Shown: positions 49,561 through 61,970 of the stretch, in pieces
Layout: each line of letters begins with the position of its first letter
Position numbering within the stretch: position 1 is the stretch's first letter
Source of the DNA: Mobula hypostoma
Lineage: Eukaryota
Assembly: GCF_963921235.1 (NCBI RefSeq)
Contig: NC_086097.1
Span: forward strand, 22,136,001-22,200,000
DNA: 64,000 nucleotides
Direction: 5' to 3'
Made by a program: the position numbers and the translations under genes
The notes under the pieces: generated by a model
What the model was told of the DNA's origin: nothing
The model's input: only the letters and a program-made list of their open reading frames with translations
Databases searched by the model: none

Positions 49561-50599
49561 CCTTTGTGACTGTGTCCTTTTACCTTCACATATATCCCAC
49601 ATTTGGCTCTCCTCTCACCACCCTGTACTGATGAAGAGCCATCTGCAAAAAAATTAAAATGGGGTTTTTATTTTTCCTTTGTGTCTTTGTTCTTAGATAT
49701 TGCTTTCTGACCTCATTCTACCTCCTCCATTATTATTTGATACAAATGGTCCCTTGTGATCATTTGCTATCATTTTCTGATGCCCATGCAGTTCTCCAGT
49801 ACAATAAAGATTATCTGCAAGGGAGGTAGAAACTTTGGTACCCTTTACAACTACATCTCAACCTTGCAGTGTCAGGGCAGACTAACCAAGTCATTTTAAT
49901 TCAAACATCCAACAGTGGCTAGGTAAATATGTTCTATAAAAAAAGTCTTGTTAGTAAAAGCAACTTTTAGGATAGCTCCCCAAATGTTCCAGTCTTCACA
50001 AAATGTCAAATTCAAATTCCAAATTTTACTGTCCACTAATGAGTGATTTTCCTGAATGTCCATTTCCTTCAGAAATGTGGGCATCTCATCTTCGGATTAG
50101 AAATGCACAAATTTCGTTCTCAACCCAGATTACTGCTGGCCAGTATGGAAACTGAGCTTCCTTAAATTCAATTCCATGGAAAACAAATAAAGAAACACAA
50201 ATCAAAACATAGACAGGACAAACAAAAATCCTTGCCTGTACTGTTCTTCCTTTATAACCTGCTGTAAGTACTATAACTGCAAAACTTAAAATAAACAGTT
50301 AATTACCTCCATGAAAAAAATTCCAAATGTTTCTCAAAGAGCGAAGGAAAAGTGAAAAAAACTGCTGGCCAGGGGCCCCCGACACATTAACGCATTGATG
50401 CAATCTCTCTCACTTGAAACATGCAAGCAATTTACTCTTTAAACCATTTCAGAAAATCTCTTGTTCCTGTTGTCACAATATTGAGATACAAATTGACAAC
50501 ATTAATGTGTTATTCTGAGCCTTTAAAACAAAGAGACTTCATGCATAAGTAAACAACATTCAACAAGTTTAAAGCATGAAATCTCCACATTAACCAATA

Positions 50600-50802
50600 T
50601 TCCAACCTATCGCTCCCCAGTTTCTTTATACTCCCTCCCCAAGTCACCTGTCTTCTAGCTTGTACACCTTCCCCTCCCCCACTATCTTATTTTGGCATCT
50701 TTCCCCTTCCTGAAGAAAGGTCTTAGCCTGAAATGTCGACATTTCCAAAGATGTTGCCTGACATGCTGAGTTCCTCCAGCATTTTGTGCGTGTTTGTGTT
50801 GC
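50600..50802 (+). mobile_element. Penelope-derived terminal fragment
   Basis: CCTGAAGAAAGGTCTTAGCCTGAAATGTCGAC...GCTGAGTTCCTCCAGCATTTTGTG. Confidence 0.65.
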
Positions 50803-51974
50803 GAGAGTGAATTGACCATTCACTGACCAGAAGAAGGGTGACTACTGCGACTGAATGGTCCCGAGAACAACCGAGGCTGACTACATAAGGAAAGAGCGGG
50901 GCCAAATTTGGCCAAGGAGTCTCCCATGGGAGAGTGGTCAAGAAATTTAGGGAGATTGAAGAAGAAGCTGAACTGCAAACTGTGAAGAATAGGAGGAAAA
51001 TTGAGAGAGAGGATGATACAAGTTCCTGGAGGATTATAAAATTATAAGGAGAAAGCTGATGTAGGTAGGGGAGCATAGGGTTGCTGGGCATGGGTTAGGT
51101 CCTGGTCGGAGCTTTGGGTCACTCTCAGATTATTTGAGAAATTAGTCAACAGAGGACTGACAGTTAAAACCAGAGAGGTTTGATGGATATTCTCTTTTAA
51201 TATTTCCTGTGTTCATTGATCCCCTCTGGGGGGGAGGATTTGGGAGTGTAGTGGTTAGCATACCTGGGGGAAGCAACAGAGTCTGTCCCTGTGGCTCAGA
51301 AGGGTAGGGAAAGAATGGAAGCAGCAGTAATAGGGGACTCTATAGTTAAGGGGTCAGATAGGCGATTCTGTGGACGCAGGAAAGAAACGTGGATGGTAGT
51401 CTGCCTCCCAGGTGCCAGGGTCCGGGATGTTTCAGATGGTGTCCACAATATTCTGAAGTGGGATGGTGAACAGCCAGAGGTTGTGGTACATATTGGTACC
51501 AACGATATAAGTAGGAAAAGGGAGGAGGTCCTGAAAACAGACTACAGGGATTTAGGAAGGAAGTTGAGAAGCAGGACCTCAAAGGTAGTAATCTCGGGAT
51601 TACTGCCTGAGCCATGCAACGGTGAGTATAGGAATAGAGTGAGGTGGAGAATAAATGCGTGGCTGAGGGTTTGGAGCAGGGCGCAGGGATTCAGATTTCT
51701 GGATCATTGGGACCTCTTTTGGGACAGGTGTGACCTGTACAAAAAGCACGGGTTGCACTTGAATCTGAGGGGGACCGATACCCTGGCAGGGAGGTTTGCT
51801 AAGGCTATTGGGGAGAGCTTAAACTAGAATTGCTGGGGGGGGTGGGAACCGAACTGAAGAGACAGAGGAAGGGGCAGTCGGCTCACAAATAGAGAAAGCT
51901 TGGAGACTGTACAAGAGGGAGGATAGGCAGATGATAAAGAAGGGATATGCTCAGACAGATGGTTTGAGATGTAT

Positions 51975-52134
51975 GCCAGGCAGCATCTCTAGGAAGAAGT
52001 ACAGTCGACGTTTCAGGCTGAGACCCTTCGTCGGGACATACCTCTTCCTAGAGATGCTGCCTGGCCTGCTGCGTTCACCAGCAACTTTGATGTGTGTTGC
52101 TTGAATTTCCAGCAACTGCAGATTTCCTTGTGTT
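51975..52134. mobile_element. Palindromic Penelope-derived mini-element inserted in CR1
   Basis: GCCAGGCAGCATCTCTAGGAAGAAGTA...TACCTCTTCCTAGAGATGCTGCCTGGC. TGGTTTGAG duplicated at 51960-51968 and 52135-52143. Confidence 0.8.
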
Positions 52135-53959
52135 TGGTTTGAGGCATGTCTATTTTAATGCAAGAAGCATCATGAACAAAGCGGATGAGCTTGGAGCATG
52201 GATCAGTACTTGGAGCTATGATATTGGGGTCAATACAGAGACTTGGATGGCTCAGGGGCAGGAATAGTTACTTCAAGTGCCAGGCTTTAGATGTTTCAAA
52301 AAGGACAGGGAGAAAGGCAAAAGAGGTGGGGGCATGGCACTGCTGATCAGAAATAGTGTCAAGGCTGCAGAAAAGGAGAAAGTCATGGAGGGATTATCTA
52401 CTGAGTCTCTGTGGCTGAAAGTTAGAAACAGGAAAGGGTCAATAACTCTATTGGGTGTTTTTATAGACCACCCAATAGTAACAGGGACATCGAGGAACAG
52501 ATAAAGAGAGATTCTGGGAAGGTGTATTAATAACAGGGTTGTCGTGGTGGGAGATCTGAATTTCCCAGACATTGATTGACATCTCCCTAAAGTGAGGGGT
52601 TTAGATGGGGTGGAGTTTGTTAGGTGTGTTCAGGAAGGCTTCTTGACACAATATGTAGATAAGCCTACAAGAGGAGAGGCTGTACCTGATCCAGTATTGG
52701 GAAAAGAACCTGGTCAGGTGTCAGGTCTCTCAGTGGGAGAGAATTTTGGAAATAGTAATCACAATTCTGTCTCCTTTACCATAGCGTTGGAGAGGGATAG
52801 GAATAGACAAGTTAGGAAAGTGTTTAATTGGAGTAAGGGGAAATATGAAGCTATCAGGCAAGAACTTGGAACTTGGAGAGGGAGGAGGTTGCTGAGCCTC
52901 TGACAATGATCTTTGCATCATCAGTGGGGGCAGGAGAGGTTCCAGAGGGTTGGAGAGTTGCAGATGTTGTTCTCTTATTCAAGAAAGGGAGTAGAGATAG
53001 CCCAGGAAATTATAGATCAGTGAGTCTTACTTCAGTGGTTGGTAAATTGATGGAGAAGATCCTGAGAGGCAGGATTTATGAACATTTGGAGAGGCATAAT
53101 ATGATTAGAAATAGTCAGCATGGATTGTCAAAGGCAGGTCGTGCCTTACAAGCCGGATTGAATTTTTTGAGGATGTGTCTAAACACATTGATGAAGGTAG
53201 AGCAGTAGATGTAGTGTATATGGAATTCAGAAAGGCATTTGATAAGGTACCCCATGCAAGGCTTTTTGAGAAAGTAAGAAGACTTGGGATCCAAGGGGAC
53301 ATTGCTTTGTGGATCCAGAATTGGCTTTCTCACAGAAGGCAAAGAGTGGTTGTAGATGGGTTATGTTCTGCATGGAGGTTGGTGATCAATGGTTTGGTGA
53401 TCAGTGGTGTGCCTCAGGGATCTGTTTTGGGACCCCTTCTATTCGTGATTTTTATAAATGACCTGGATGAGGAAGTGGATGGATGAGTTAGTAAATTTGC
53501 TGATGACACGAAGGCTGGGGGTGTTGTGGATAGTGTGGAGGGCTATCAGAGGTTACCGTGGGACATTGATAGGATGCAAACTGGGCTGAGAAGTGGCAGA
53601 TGGAGTTCGACCCAGATAAGTGTGAAGTGGTTCATTTGGTAGGTCAAATATGATAGCAGAATATAGTATTAATGGTAAGAGTCTTGGCTGTGTGGAGGAT
53701 CAGAGGGATCTTGGGGTCCGAGTCCATAGGACACTCAAAGCTACTGTGCAAGTTGACTCTGTGGTTAAGAAGGTATACGGTGCATTGGCCTTCATCAACT
53801 GTGGGATTGAGTTTAAGAGCCGAGGGGTAATGTTACAGATGCATAGGACCCTGGTCAGAACCCCCTTGGAGTACTGTGCTCAGTTCCAGTCACCTCAGTA
53901 TAGGAAGGATGTGGAAACTATAGAAAGGGTGCAGAGGAGATTTACAAGAATGTTACCTG

Positions 53960-54662
53960 TGTAAGGGGTTTCTTTTTTTTTACGTCACTGCGTAGTCTAA
54001 CTAAAATGGCTTCTTTGTTAAGTTATAATTGAAAGCGCTTCTTTGTTATGTTAACTGCTGAGAAAGTCCTCCCACTAGCAGTTTGTTTGGATCATGTTAC
54101 TGATAAGAAGATGTTACGAACCAATTGGGATAGTTGTCATGTTTTTGCTGTGTCTGTAAGATATTGTATGCGCGGGGTTTTGGGGCAGAAGGCGGGAGAG
54201 AGAGACAGAGAATGGACCAGGTGCTGTGAGTCTGCTAACGGGGTCGGACCCCAAGTGGGGCGTTCGGCGAGGAGAGAGGATGGAGACGGACTCGTGTGGA
54301 GCATCTGGTCGACCACCGTTGTTGGTCCCAGGCGGCCGGTCGAGGTGGTTCGAGGGGTCACAGGGTGAAGAAGAAGGGTCCTGAGCTCCAACTATTTGTG
54401 CACAAAGAGATTGAACTTTGATAAGTGTGGCGTCTTTTATTTTCCTTTTATATTTTATTCTCTATTAATTATATAGTTCCAGTAATATCTATAAACTGTA
54501 AATCATTTAATCGTATCTGGTGTATTGTCTGTTATTTGGGTGGGGTGGGGTACATCACACAGCATCCATACAAACTGATTACTCAGTTTGGCGGGGTCGA
54601 GGGCTGTTTCCCTAGACGACAGCGAGCCGAGCGACCCTGAGGCTGGCCGGGGAGCGGGTACA
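53960..54662. mobile_element. Solo LTR (703 bp), same family as 37523-38213
   Basis: TGTAAGGGG...GGGTACA. Flanks CCTG / TCTG. Long near-identical blocks shared with the 37523 copy. CR1 'MLP|GLG' rejoins. Confidence 0.9.
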
Positions 54663-56054
54663 TCTGGATTGGGGAACATGCCTTATGAGGTTGAGTAAAC
54701 TCGGTCTTTTCTCCTTGGAGCTGCGGAGGATGAGAGGTGGCCTGATAGAGGAGTATAAGATGTTGAGAGGCATTGATCATATGGATAGTCAGAGATTTTT
54801 TCCCAGGGCTGAAATGGCTAACACAAGGGGGCATAGTTTTAAGGTGCTTGGAAGCAGGTACAGAGGAGATGTCAGTGGTAAGTTTTTTTACACAGAGAGT
54901 GGTGAGTTCGTGGAATGGGCTGCCGGCGACGGTGGTGGAGGCAGATACGATAGGGCCTTTTACGAGATCCCTGGATAGGTACATGGAACTTAGAAAAATT
55001 GAGGGCTATGAGTAACCCTAGGTAATTTCTAAAGGAAGTAAAGTTTGGCACAGCATTGTGAACTGAAGGGCCTTTGTGTGCTGTAGGTTTTCTATGTTCT
55101 ATAAAACCAATGACCCAGGTTCAAGTCCACTACCGTCTGTAAGGAGAATGTTCCTTCTCCCTGTGACCTCGAGCGTTTCCTTCCTGGTGCTCCGGATTAT
55201 TCCAAAAGATGTATGGGTTGGTAGCTTAGTTAGTCACATGGGTGTAATTGGGTGGCGTGGGCTCGTTTGGTTGGAAGGACCTGTTACCATGTTGTATCAG
55301 TAAATAAATAATCAATTAATCAATCAGAGTTGGGTTTCATATGTTGTGAATTTTGTTGTTTTGCGGTAGCAGCGCATTGCAATACATAAAAATACTGTTT
55401 ATGATGACAGACGAGGAAGCTCGTTTAACTCAACAACTGTTTTTATTGTGATAAACACAAAACCAGCTTGGGCGCACTGACCTGGGGTGAGAACTCACTC
55501 GGTCACATACCGACCGGGGAAGGTGATGATTGCACACCCTGGTTACAGTCAGGGCAACCCACAAACACAGAAGGAAGTCAATGTATCACTCAAGCTAAAA
55601 TGTAACAATAAACGAACCTGAACATCCCACCATAATTCCACAAAAGCATTTGAACAGGAGAATAATAAATAGTGCTGGTCATTAGGAATGCTGGGATGGG
55701 CTTTCGACCACCCCCCCCAATCCCGGAGCATCACAATGCCCCCACCGAAGGGGTCTGCCATCCCCAGCAGCCCCAGGGTCCACGACAAAGTCCAAGAGTC
55801 CCGGTTGTGATGGATGCTGCCGCCTATGGCACTGGGAGGTGTCAGTAGCTCCCTCCCAGGGGACGCACTGTTCGGTGAGGCTAGATACAGGGCGCCTAGC
55901 GTGTTACTTCCTTTCTTCAACCTTGCTGGGTCGGTGGCGGCCAAGGGAAAATATGGTGCCAGCCGGTTCTGGTGCAGCACAACTGCCTTCTGCTGCTCAG
56001 GAAACTGCACCTGGTACATATACCACATCAGAGATGTGGTTGAGAACCTTTCCC

Positions 56055-58447
56055 TGTCACCAGGTTCGGACATGGCCCAAGTGCAGAGTGAGAGACACTA
56101 AAGTGGGTCAATAGTTCTCAGACTTTAATGTGAACAATAAACGCTAGGCCAAACTTGGCCATTAACTAAAACACTCAAATGGAAAACAAAACCTACACTG
56201 CGGATGAAAAGAACAACTAAGAATAAAACGAATACTGATAGTCTTCAGAATCAGTTGACTCAACAGTCCAATTTCTCAGGTAAGGCGGAATGAAGATAAC
56301 GAAGCGTAGCTATGTCCAAGTCTCGACAAACACTGCGACGGACTGAATGGAGTTAAATACTATCGCAATGAAATGATAATTAGCTTGCACGTGCATATTC
56401 ATGAGCACAATTGCTGAATCTGATGTGTTGCCGAATCCGTGGTTGTGACAGGGGCCCCCTCTCTAGGAACAGCCCCTGAGGCGCCACAGATCTGTGTCCG
56501 CTAGAAGTCCCGAATGAGGGACTCGTCCAAGATGTCCTCCAGTGATGCTGGTAGATACGTGCCATGGTATGCACTGCCAATATCAATGCCAAAGACTTCC
56601 ATGTAGAGACAGAAGCAAGAGCTTAGACAGAGGTAGCTCAACCAAGTGACACCGTGAGACAAATCATTCTCAAAATAAGACTCTCTGGTGCTAATCTGGC
56701 ATCTACTTCAAGAATAAAACTGACACAGAATCTGAGTTTATCAAAATAAACTTAAACTTAAACAAAAAGCACCAGGAAACCACATCACAAAGAGCGAGTT
56801 GCTTGAGAAAAATACAAGAAACTCTAAAGCCATTATTAATTATTAAGTAACAATTAACCAGTTCAGGAGCTCTAAAAACCTCAGAGGCCTGCAGTAGTCA
56901 CTATAGGACAACACCCCTCCTCTCTGATAGCTGGCACCTGATGGCCCAGGAAAACCTGAAAACTCGAGATCCAGGGATGACTCGAGAGACATGGGGAACT
57001 TGAGGGGGAGACATGGGGAACTTGAGAGGCAGTGGGATTTGGGGATCCAGAGAGACTGAGACCTGGGAACCCCAACAGACTGAGAGACCAGGGAACCTCG
57101 AGTGAGATCAAGAAATCTCAGGCGAGGCTGAGAGGGAAACTTGGGAGTCCTCAAGATGGGGAGGACATTGAAAAATCCTAAACACATTGAATAAGCCTTG
57201 AAACAATCGGAAAATAAAACCCTTGGGAACATGGAGTAAAGTTCTCGGGTATCCTTGAAACCGTGAACCTTGAAACCTAGAGAAGGAACTTTTTCAAATC
57301 TTGTTCACAGTGTTTTATCTTTCACAATTTTTCCAGAGACAATTAGGATATACTCTCAACTTTACAGATCGAGACAGCATAGACAGGTTTCTTTCATCAC
57401 TAAGCTAGCTAGTTCTCTGTAGATCTGTTTAATTTGCTACATGAAATTACATATTTCCCAGTCTGTACCATGATTTTTGTCAAGGGGTTAAAAAAATACT
57501 TTTGATAGGGTTACTTCACTTGTATATTTGCACACACCAGCCAGGGATCAGCTTTTGGAGTAGGGCTCTTCCAGAATTTACACTGTAGAGTTGATGATGA
57601 TTTGTTGAATCGATTGATCAACTTGTTTGAAGCGCTCATTTGTTATGCAGACCTGAGTCACAGGACTACAGTGCTGGGAACGTGGGTACTTGTGACATTG
57701 AAAAGCTTGGAATGGATACTGGAGAAACTCAATGTAGACTAGCGAAGCTCGGTACGTAGACTTGGGACTCTGGAATGTAGAGTCAGGACATGCACTCAGA
57801 ATAAAGGCATCCTCTCTTCAAGCCGTCAATGTCAAAATGTCACTGTTCAAACTTTGCTGCGTCCATTACTTGGCAAGATCCTTCCGTCACGCTGGAGACA
57901 GAAACAAGAGTTCATACATAGGAATTCCAACAGAACATTGTTGCCTCAACGAATCACTGTGACCAATGAATCACGTGGCCAAGGTCAGCTGCTCTCTCTC
58001 GGCTGGGTCCATCTTTGCGTGGTCAAGACTTGCTGTCACCGGGTTCGGACATGGCCCAAGTGCGGAGAGAGAGACGCTGAAATGGGTCGATAGTACGCAG
58101 ACTTTAATGCGGACAGTGTTAAAGGGAAAACAAAACAATAAACGCTCGGCCAAACAGGGCTGTTAACCAAAACACTAAAATGGAAAACGAAGCCTACACT
58201 GCAGCTGAAAAGAACAACCAAGAATAAAACGAATACCGCTAGTCTTCAGAGTCAGTTGACTCGACAGTCCAATTTCTCAGGCAAGGTGGATTGCAGCAAA
58301 GCGTTGCTGTGTCCAAGTCTCGACCAATACTGCAACGGAATGAATGGAGTTAAATACTATCACAATGAAATAATAATTAGCTGACACTTGCATATTCTTG
58401 AGCGCATTTGCTGAATCTGATGCGCTGCCGTATCGGTGGTTGTGACG
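56055..58447 (-). mobile_element. Non-autonomous LTR element (chromovirus/Sushi-like derivative) nested in the Gypsy integrase
   Basis: LTRs 56055-56450 and 58034-58447 (TGTCAC...GTGACA/G). 5-bp TSD TTCCC/CTCCC. PPT GAGAGGGGGCCCC. Gag start MDPAE just inside the 5' LTR. Chromodomain-end-like DILDESLIRDF near 56505-56540. No RT or integrase core. Confidence 0.85.
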
Positions 58448-60521
58448 CTCCCAGCCCTGTCCAGTGACTCCCCCGTTTGAGGGATAGTCTCATCTTCCTG
58501 ATGGGCAGTAGACGTGTACTGGTCACTCCAGTAAAGTCGTGTCCCTGGCTACGGGCACCAGAAGCCCATTTTTGGCAGCTGCTGGTTGCGCTTTGGCTCT
58601 GCCAAGCCGCACTGTGAACAGCCTACCGACGCTGCAGGTGCTCCCCAACCCGGCCTCCTCAGGAGTCTCTGGCTCAGGAGGGATCCAGACACCTGATTCA
58701 CCAGTGTGTGTGCAGCTCCCACCGAACGTGAGCACAGCCTGCGTGCGTGTGGTGCTGTCCTGAACGGCAGTCCGGTATGCTCACAATACCAGGGGTGGGT
58801 AGCGATCCCAATCGCGCTGGTGTTGGCTGACGAGGATGGTAGGCTGCGTAGCCAGCGTGGGGGTTAGAGCACTCCACCAGCCCGTCACTTTGCAGGTAAA
58901 GGGGGGTGGTCCGCGTTTTGGACATTCTCAGCCACCTGCAGACCTCACCAAGCACCTGTGCCTCAAAGTTGCACCCCGGTCGCTGTGGAATTCCTCAGGG
59001 ATGCCGAAGTGGCAGAAAAACTCCCCCATGAGTCCCTCAGCAGTGATGATGGTTCAGCGGTCTGGGACTGCGCACGCCTCTGGCCACTTCTTGAAATAAT
59101 CCATGGACACGAGGACGTAGCTGTTCTCGGTGTCCATGCAGGGGAAGGGGCCCAGGATGTCCACCACTACGCGTGCGACTGGCAGTCTGGCCCCTTCTGC
59201 AACGTGCAAGTGTCACAGTAATGCATGACCCTCTCCACACCCTGCCTGCGCCCAGACCAGCAGAAGGCTTTGCACAGCTTGCCCAACGTTTTTGCAACCC
59301 CAAAATGGCCAGCAACCACCAGCCCGTGCACCAACTACAGCACCGTGATGTGGGGCCCCCGGGGGACCAACAGCTTCAGGAGATGTCGGGAAGCTGCTCC
59401 CGCCGGAACAAAAGCCCGTCGCACACTTCCAGCGTGCCTCGCTGAGGATATAGGGCTTTGGTCTCTGGATCCATGTGGAGACCTCCCACCACCCCACCCG
59501 CTGCGTCACGCTCTGCCATCCCGTCACCTGGGCAAGCACAGGGTCGCTCACCTGCTCGCTGCCAGCTGCTGGTGGCCCATGGTGGGGAGTTCGCTGCCAG
59601 CTGTCACTCGAGGCGCCATCTCTGCCGCTTGCCCTTGGCTCTGCTCCTTGAGGTGGTGGCAGTAGCAACACTTGGATGACTCACAAGGGTGGCGGGAGAG
59701 GGCGTCAGCATTGCTATGGTGCCCACGGTGCGGTGATGTACCTCGAAATTGAGAGCCTCCAGCCGCCATGCCAGCTGCCCCTCGGGATTGTGGAAGTTGA
59801 ACAGCGTGGTCCATGTGAAGCAGGAACCTTCAACAGAAGAGGTAAGAGCTGACGTGGTGGATGCCGCGGTAGCGCGGCCGGTGTTGTCGTGCTGTGTCAG
59901 TGCGGTTGCTGATGACAGGCAAGGTGACCAGCACTGGGGTGAACGGTGATGGTGGGTATCGCCCCGTCGCAGGTTATGGCGTGTGCTCTGTGTTGCGTTA
60001 GGCCGCTGCAGGGTGTGCTGCACTATGGCGGACCACTGCGAGACTGGTGGCGGTTGTTCCTGCCCTGCCGGAGATTCACGGCTTCAACGCCGAGGTAGAG
60101 TGTTGTCCACGCAGCTCCCCAGCGGGACAGCAGGTCCAGGCCAATGATTCAGGGAGAGCCGGATGACAGATAGCCACACCTCGTGCTCCACTGCGTTTTC
60201 CCCACTTCAACACACACCCACCTCATCCTTCTCATCGCTACACAGTTGCCGGAGACCGCAGTGTCCACCCAGGCTGGTCCGTGTTGGGGAGGACATCCAG
60301 ACAGATGATGGTGACGGTTGACCCCCGTGTCCACAAACGCACAGCATCTGATGCCCTTCTTCCCTCTGCCAGCACCTCGGCCACTGATGACTGTAATGTC
60401 AGGTGAACATGCTGCTGAAGGCGTTCCGGTGTCAGTGCCTTTACAAAGGCGTGGCGGGCAAGCTCTTCCTGAGCTGCTAGAGGGAACTGGGGATAGGCAT
60501 GCTGAGCACAGTGGCAGAGAG

Positions 60522-61180
60522 GGGAGGAGAAGATGGCGGCATGCGCGGCGGCAATGAAGTGATATTGTATTTGTGAAGTAGGATGCCGTGCACAATCCTG
60601 ATTTGATGGAGACAGCCGTGTGAAGCACAGAGGAACATCTGGAGTAACTTCTGAAATGCCCGCTTCACTGCCACTGCTACTGTGAGATCGAGAATCTCCG
60701 GAGGGGAAGGCCCCAAATCCTTGGCTTTGCCTATTGCCTGTTGCCGGGACTGGGGTTAAAGCGCTCAGCAGAGATGGTGCTCGGTGTCAGAGGGCTGGTT
60801 GGAGGCTCGAAGTTTTCGGAGGGACTCAAGAGTCGGTTGTGGTCGGATGCTTCCAGGATGCTGCATCGGCAAGTTTGCGGCACTGGAAGCTCATGGCAGG
60901 GAGAGTTTTTCTTCCTTCTCCGTCTACGTGAGATGATGGGACTTCGAGAGACTTTGAGACTTTTTTTACTGTGCCCATGGTCTGTTCTTATCAAATCACG
61001 GTATTGCTTTGCACTGTTGTAACTGTATGTTATAATTATGTGTTTTTTGTCAGTTTTTCAGTCTTGGTCTGTCCTGTGTTTCTGTGATATCATTCTGGAG
61101 GAACATTGTATCATTTCTTAATGCATGCATTACTAAATGACAATAAAAGAGGACTGTGTGTCCTCATAATCTAATATAAT
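60522..61180 (+). mobile_element. Non-coding retroposon-like insertion in the Gypsy gag/pro region
   Basis: Begins GGAGGAGAAGATGGCGGC and ends AATAAAAGAGG...CATAATCTAATATAATC (LINE-like short-repeat tail). Boundaries approximate. Confidence 0.55.
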
Positions 61181-61795
61181 CAAATGGCCCCAGGGTTTCT
61201 TCCACGTGGTGTTGTCTGCTGCCCAGTCCTGACCTCTGTCCGAAATGCAGCCCCAGCACCGCTAGGAGGGCCCTGCAGCTACACGGCTCAGCCAGTGTTA
61301 GGTCGAGGAGGGCCTGCAGTGCATTCCCCTCCAGTGCCAGGGCAAGGTGCACTGCCGTCTCGGTGCGGCAGGTTTTAGTTGTGCCAGGTAAGGCTCCAGG
61401 CAGCCGGTACCATTGTATCTGGGAAGCTGCAGGGTGGGCCTTATGGAGTGATTTGCTGAGGCCCATCAGTCTTCCTCTTGCTCTGGCAGCATCGGTTGTG
61501 CCTGCCATGTTGCCCATCCTCGCATGACTACGGCATCTCGGACTCCCCAGTGCGGACCACAAGGGAAGTGGGTGATGTGCCCCACTGTGTCTCCCGGGTT
61601 GGGGAGTTTGGGTACGCTCACCCCTGCAAGATTCCCTGTGAAGGTACGATGCTCGGTTCCCAGGCTCTCCCTCCGGGTCAGTGGCCTGTCTTTGGGAGCC
61701 CGGCGGGGGAGGGTGGGGGGAGGTATACTGCTCGGACCCTCATCTTAAAATGCTCCAAACAGTGTCATAGCTCTTCAATCTTGTCAGTTTATAAC

Positions 61796-61811
61796 CCCAC
61801 TCCTGACACCA
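61796..61811 (-). promoter_or_regulatory. Primer-binding site complementary to the tRNA-Leu 3' end
   Basis: Reverse complement TGGTGTCAGGAGTGGG sits directly inside the 5' LTR. Confidence 0.8.
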
Positions 61812-61970
61812 ATTTGGCGAGCATTTGCTCCATGACAATGGATGAAGAAGCTTGTTTGACTCAACAACTGCTTTTATTCTGATAAACACAAAAACAGGCC
61901 GGGCACTATGACCTGGGGAAAGAACAGCTCAGTCACGTACAGATGCGGGAGGGGGTGTGTGATTCAAACA

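Larger units (their letters stand above)
48500..49945 (-). mobile_element. Highly decayed, internally deleted endogenous retrovirus (pol tether/RNase H plus env tail plus PPT)
   Basis: Minus strand: ...LTLQG*DVVVK...LADNL...GPF, then IFADGSSSVQGGERRAKCGIYV (RNase H N-terminus, ~49590-49655). Env-like C-terminus 48660-49560. G-rich PPT 48521-48535 immediately followed by TG. Confidence 0.6.
51260..55100 (+). mobile_element. Long CR1 LINE (ORF1 SGNH-esterase domain, EN, internal deletion near 52875, RT, 3' UTR) with nested inserts
   Basis: ORF 51291-51827 has VIGDSIV, CLPGARV, HIGTND and GLHLN (GDS/GxND/xxLH blocks). [56 protein letters not shown]. Confidence 0.92.

Noticed and set aside
49945..50400. 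gag start and tRNA-Pro PBS of the ERV remnant
   Set aside because: Only vague similarity (TCGGGGGCCCCTGG on the minus strand) and no identifiable 5' LTR; not supportable by eye
51291..51827. Stand-alone SGNH esterase gene
   Set aside because: It is the known CR1 ORF1 esterase-like domain directly upstream of CR1 EN/RT
55549..56073. 174-aa ORF as an accessory gene
   Set aside because: Gypsy integrase C-terminal tail running into LTR sequence, with its start supplied by the nested LTR
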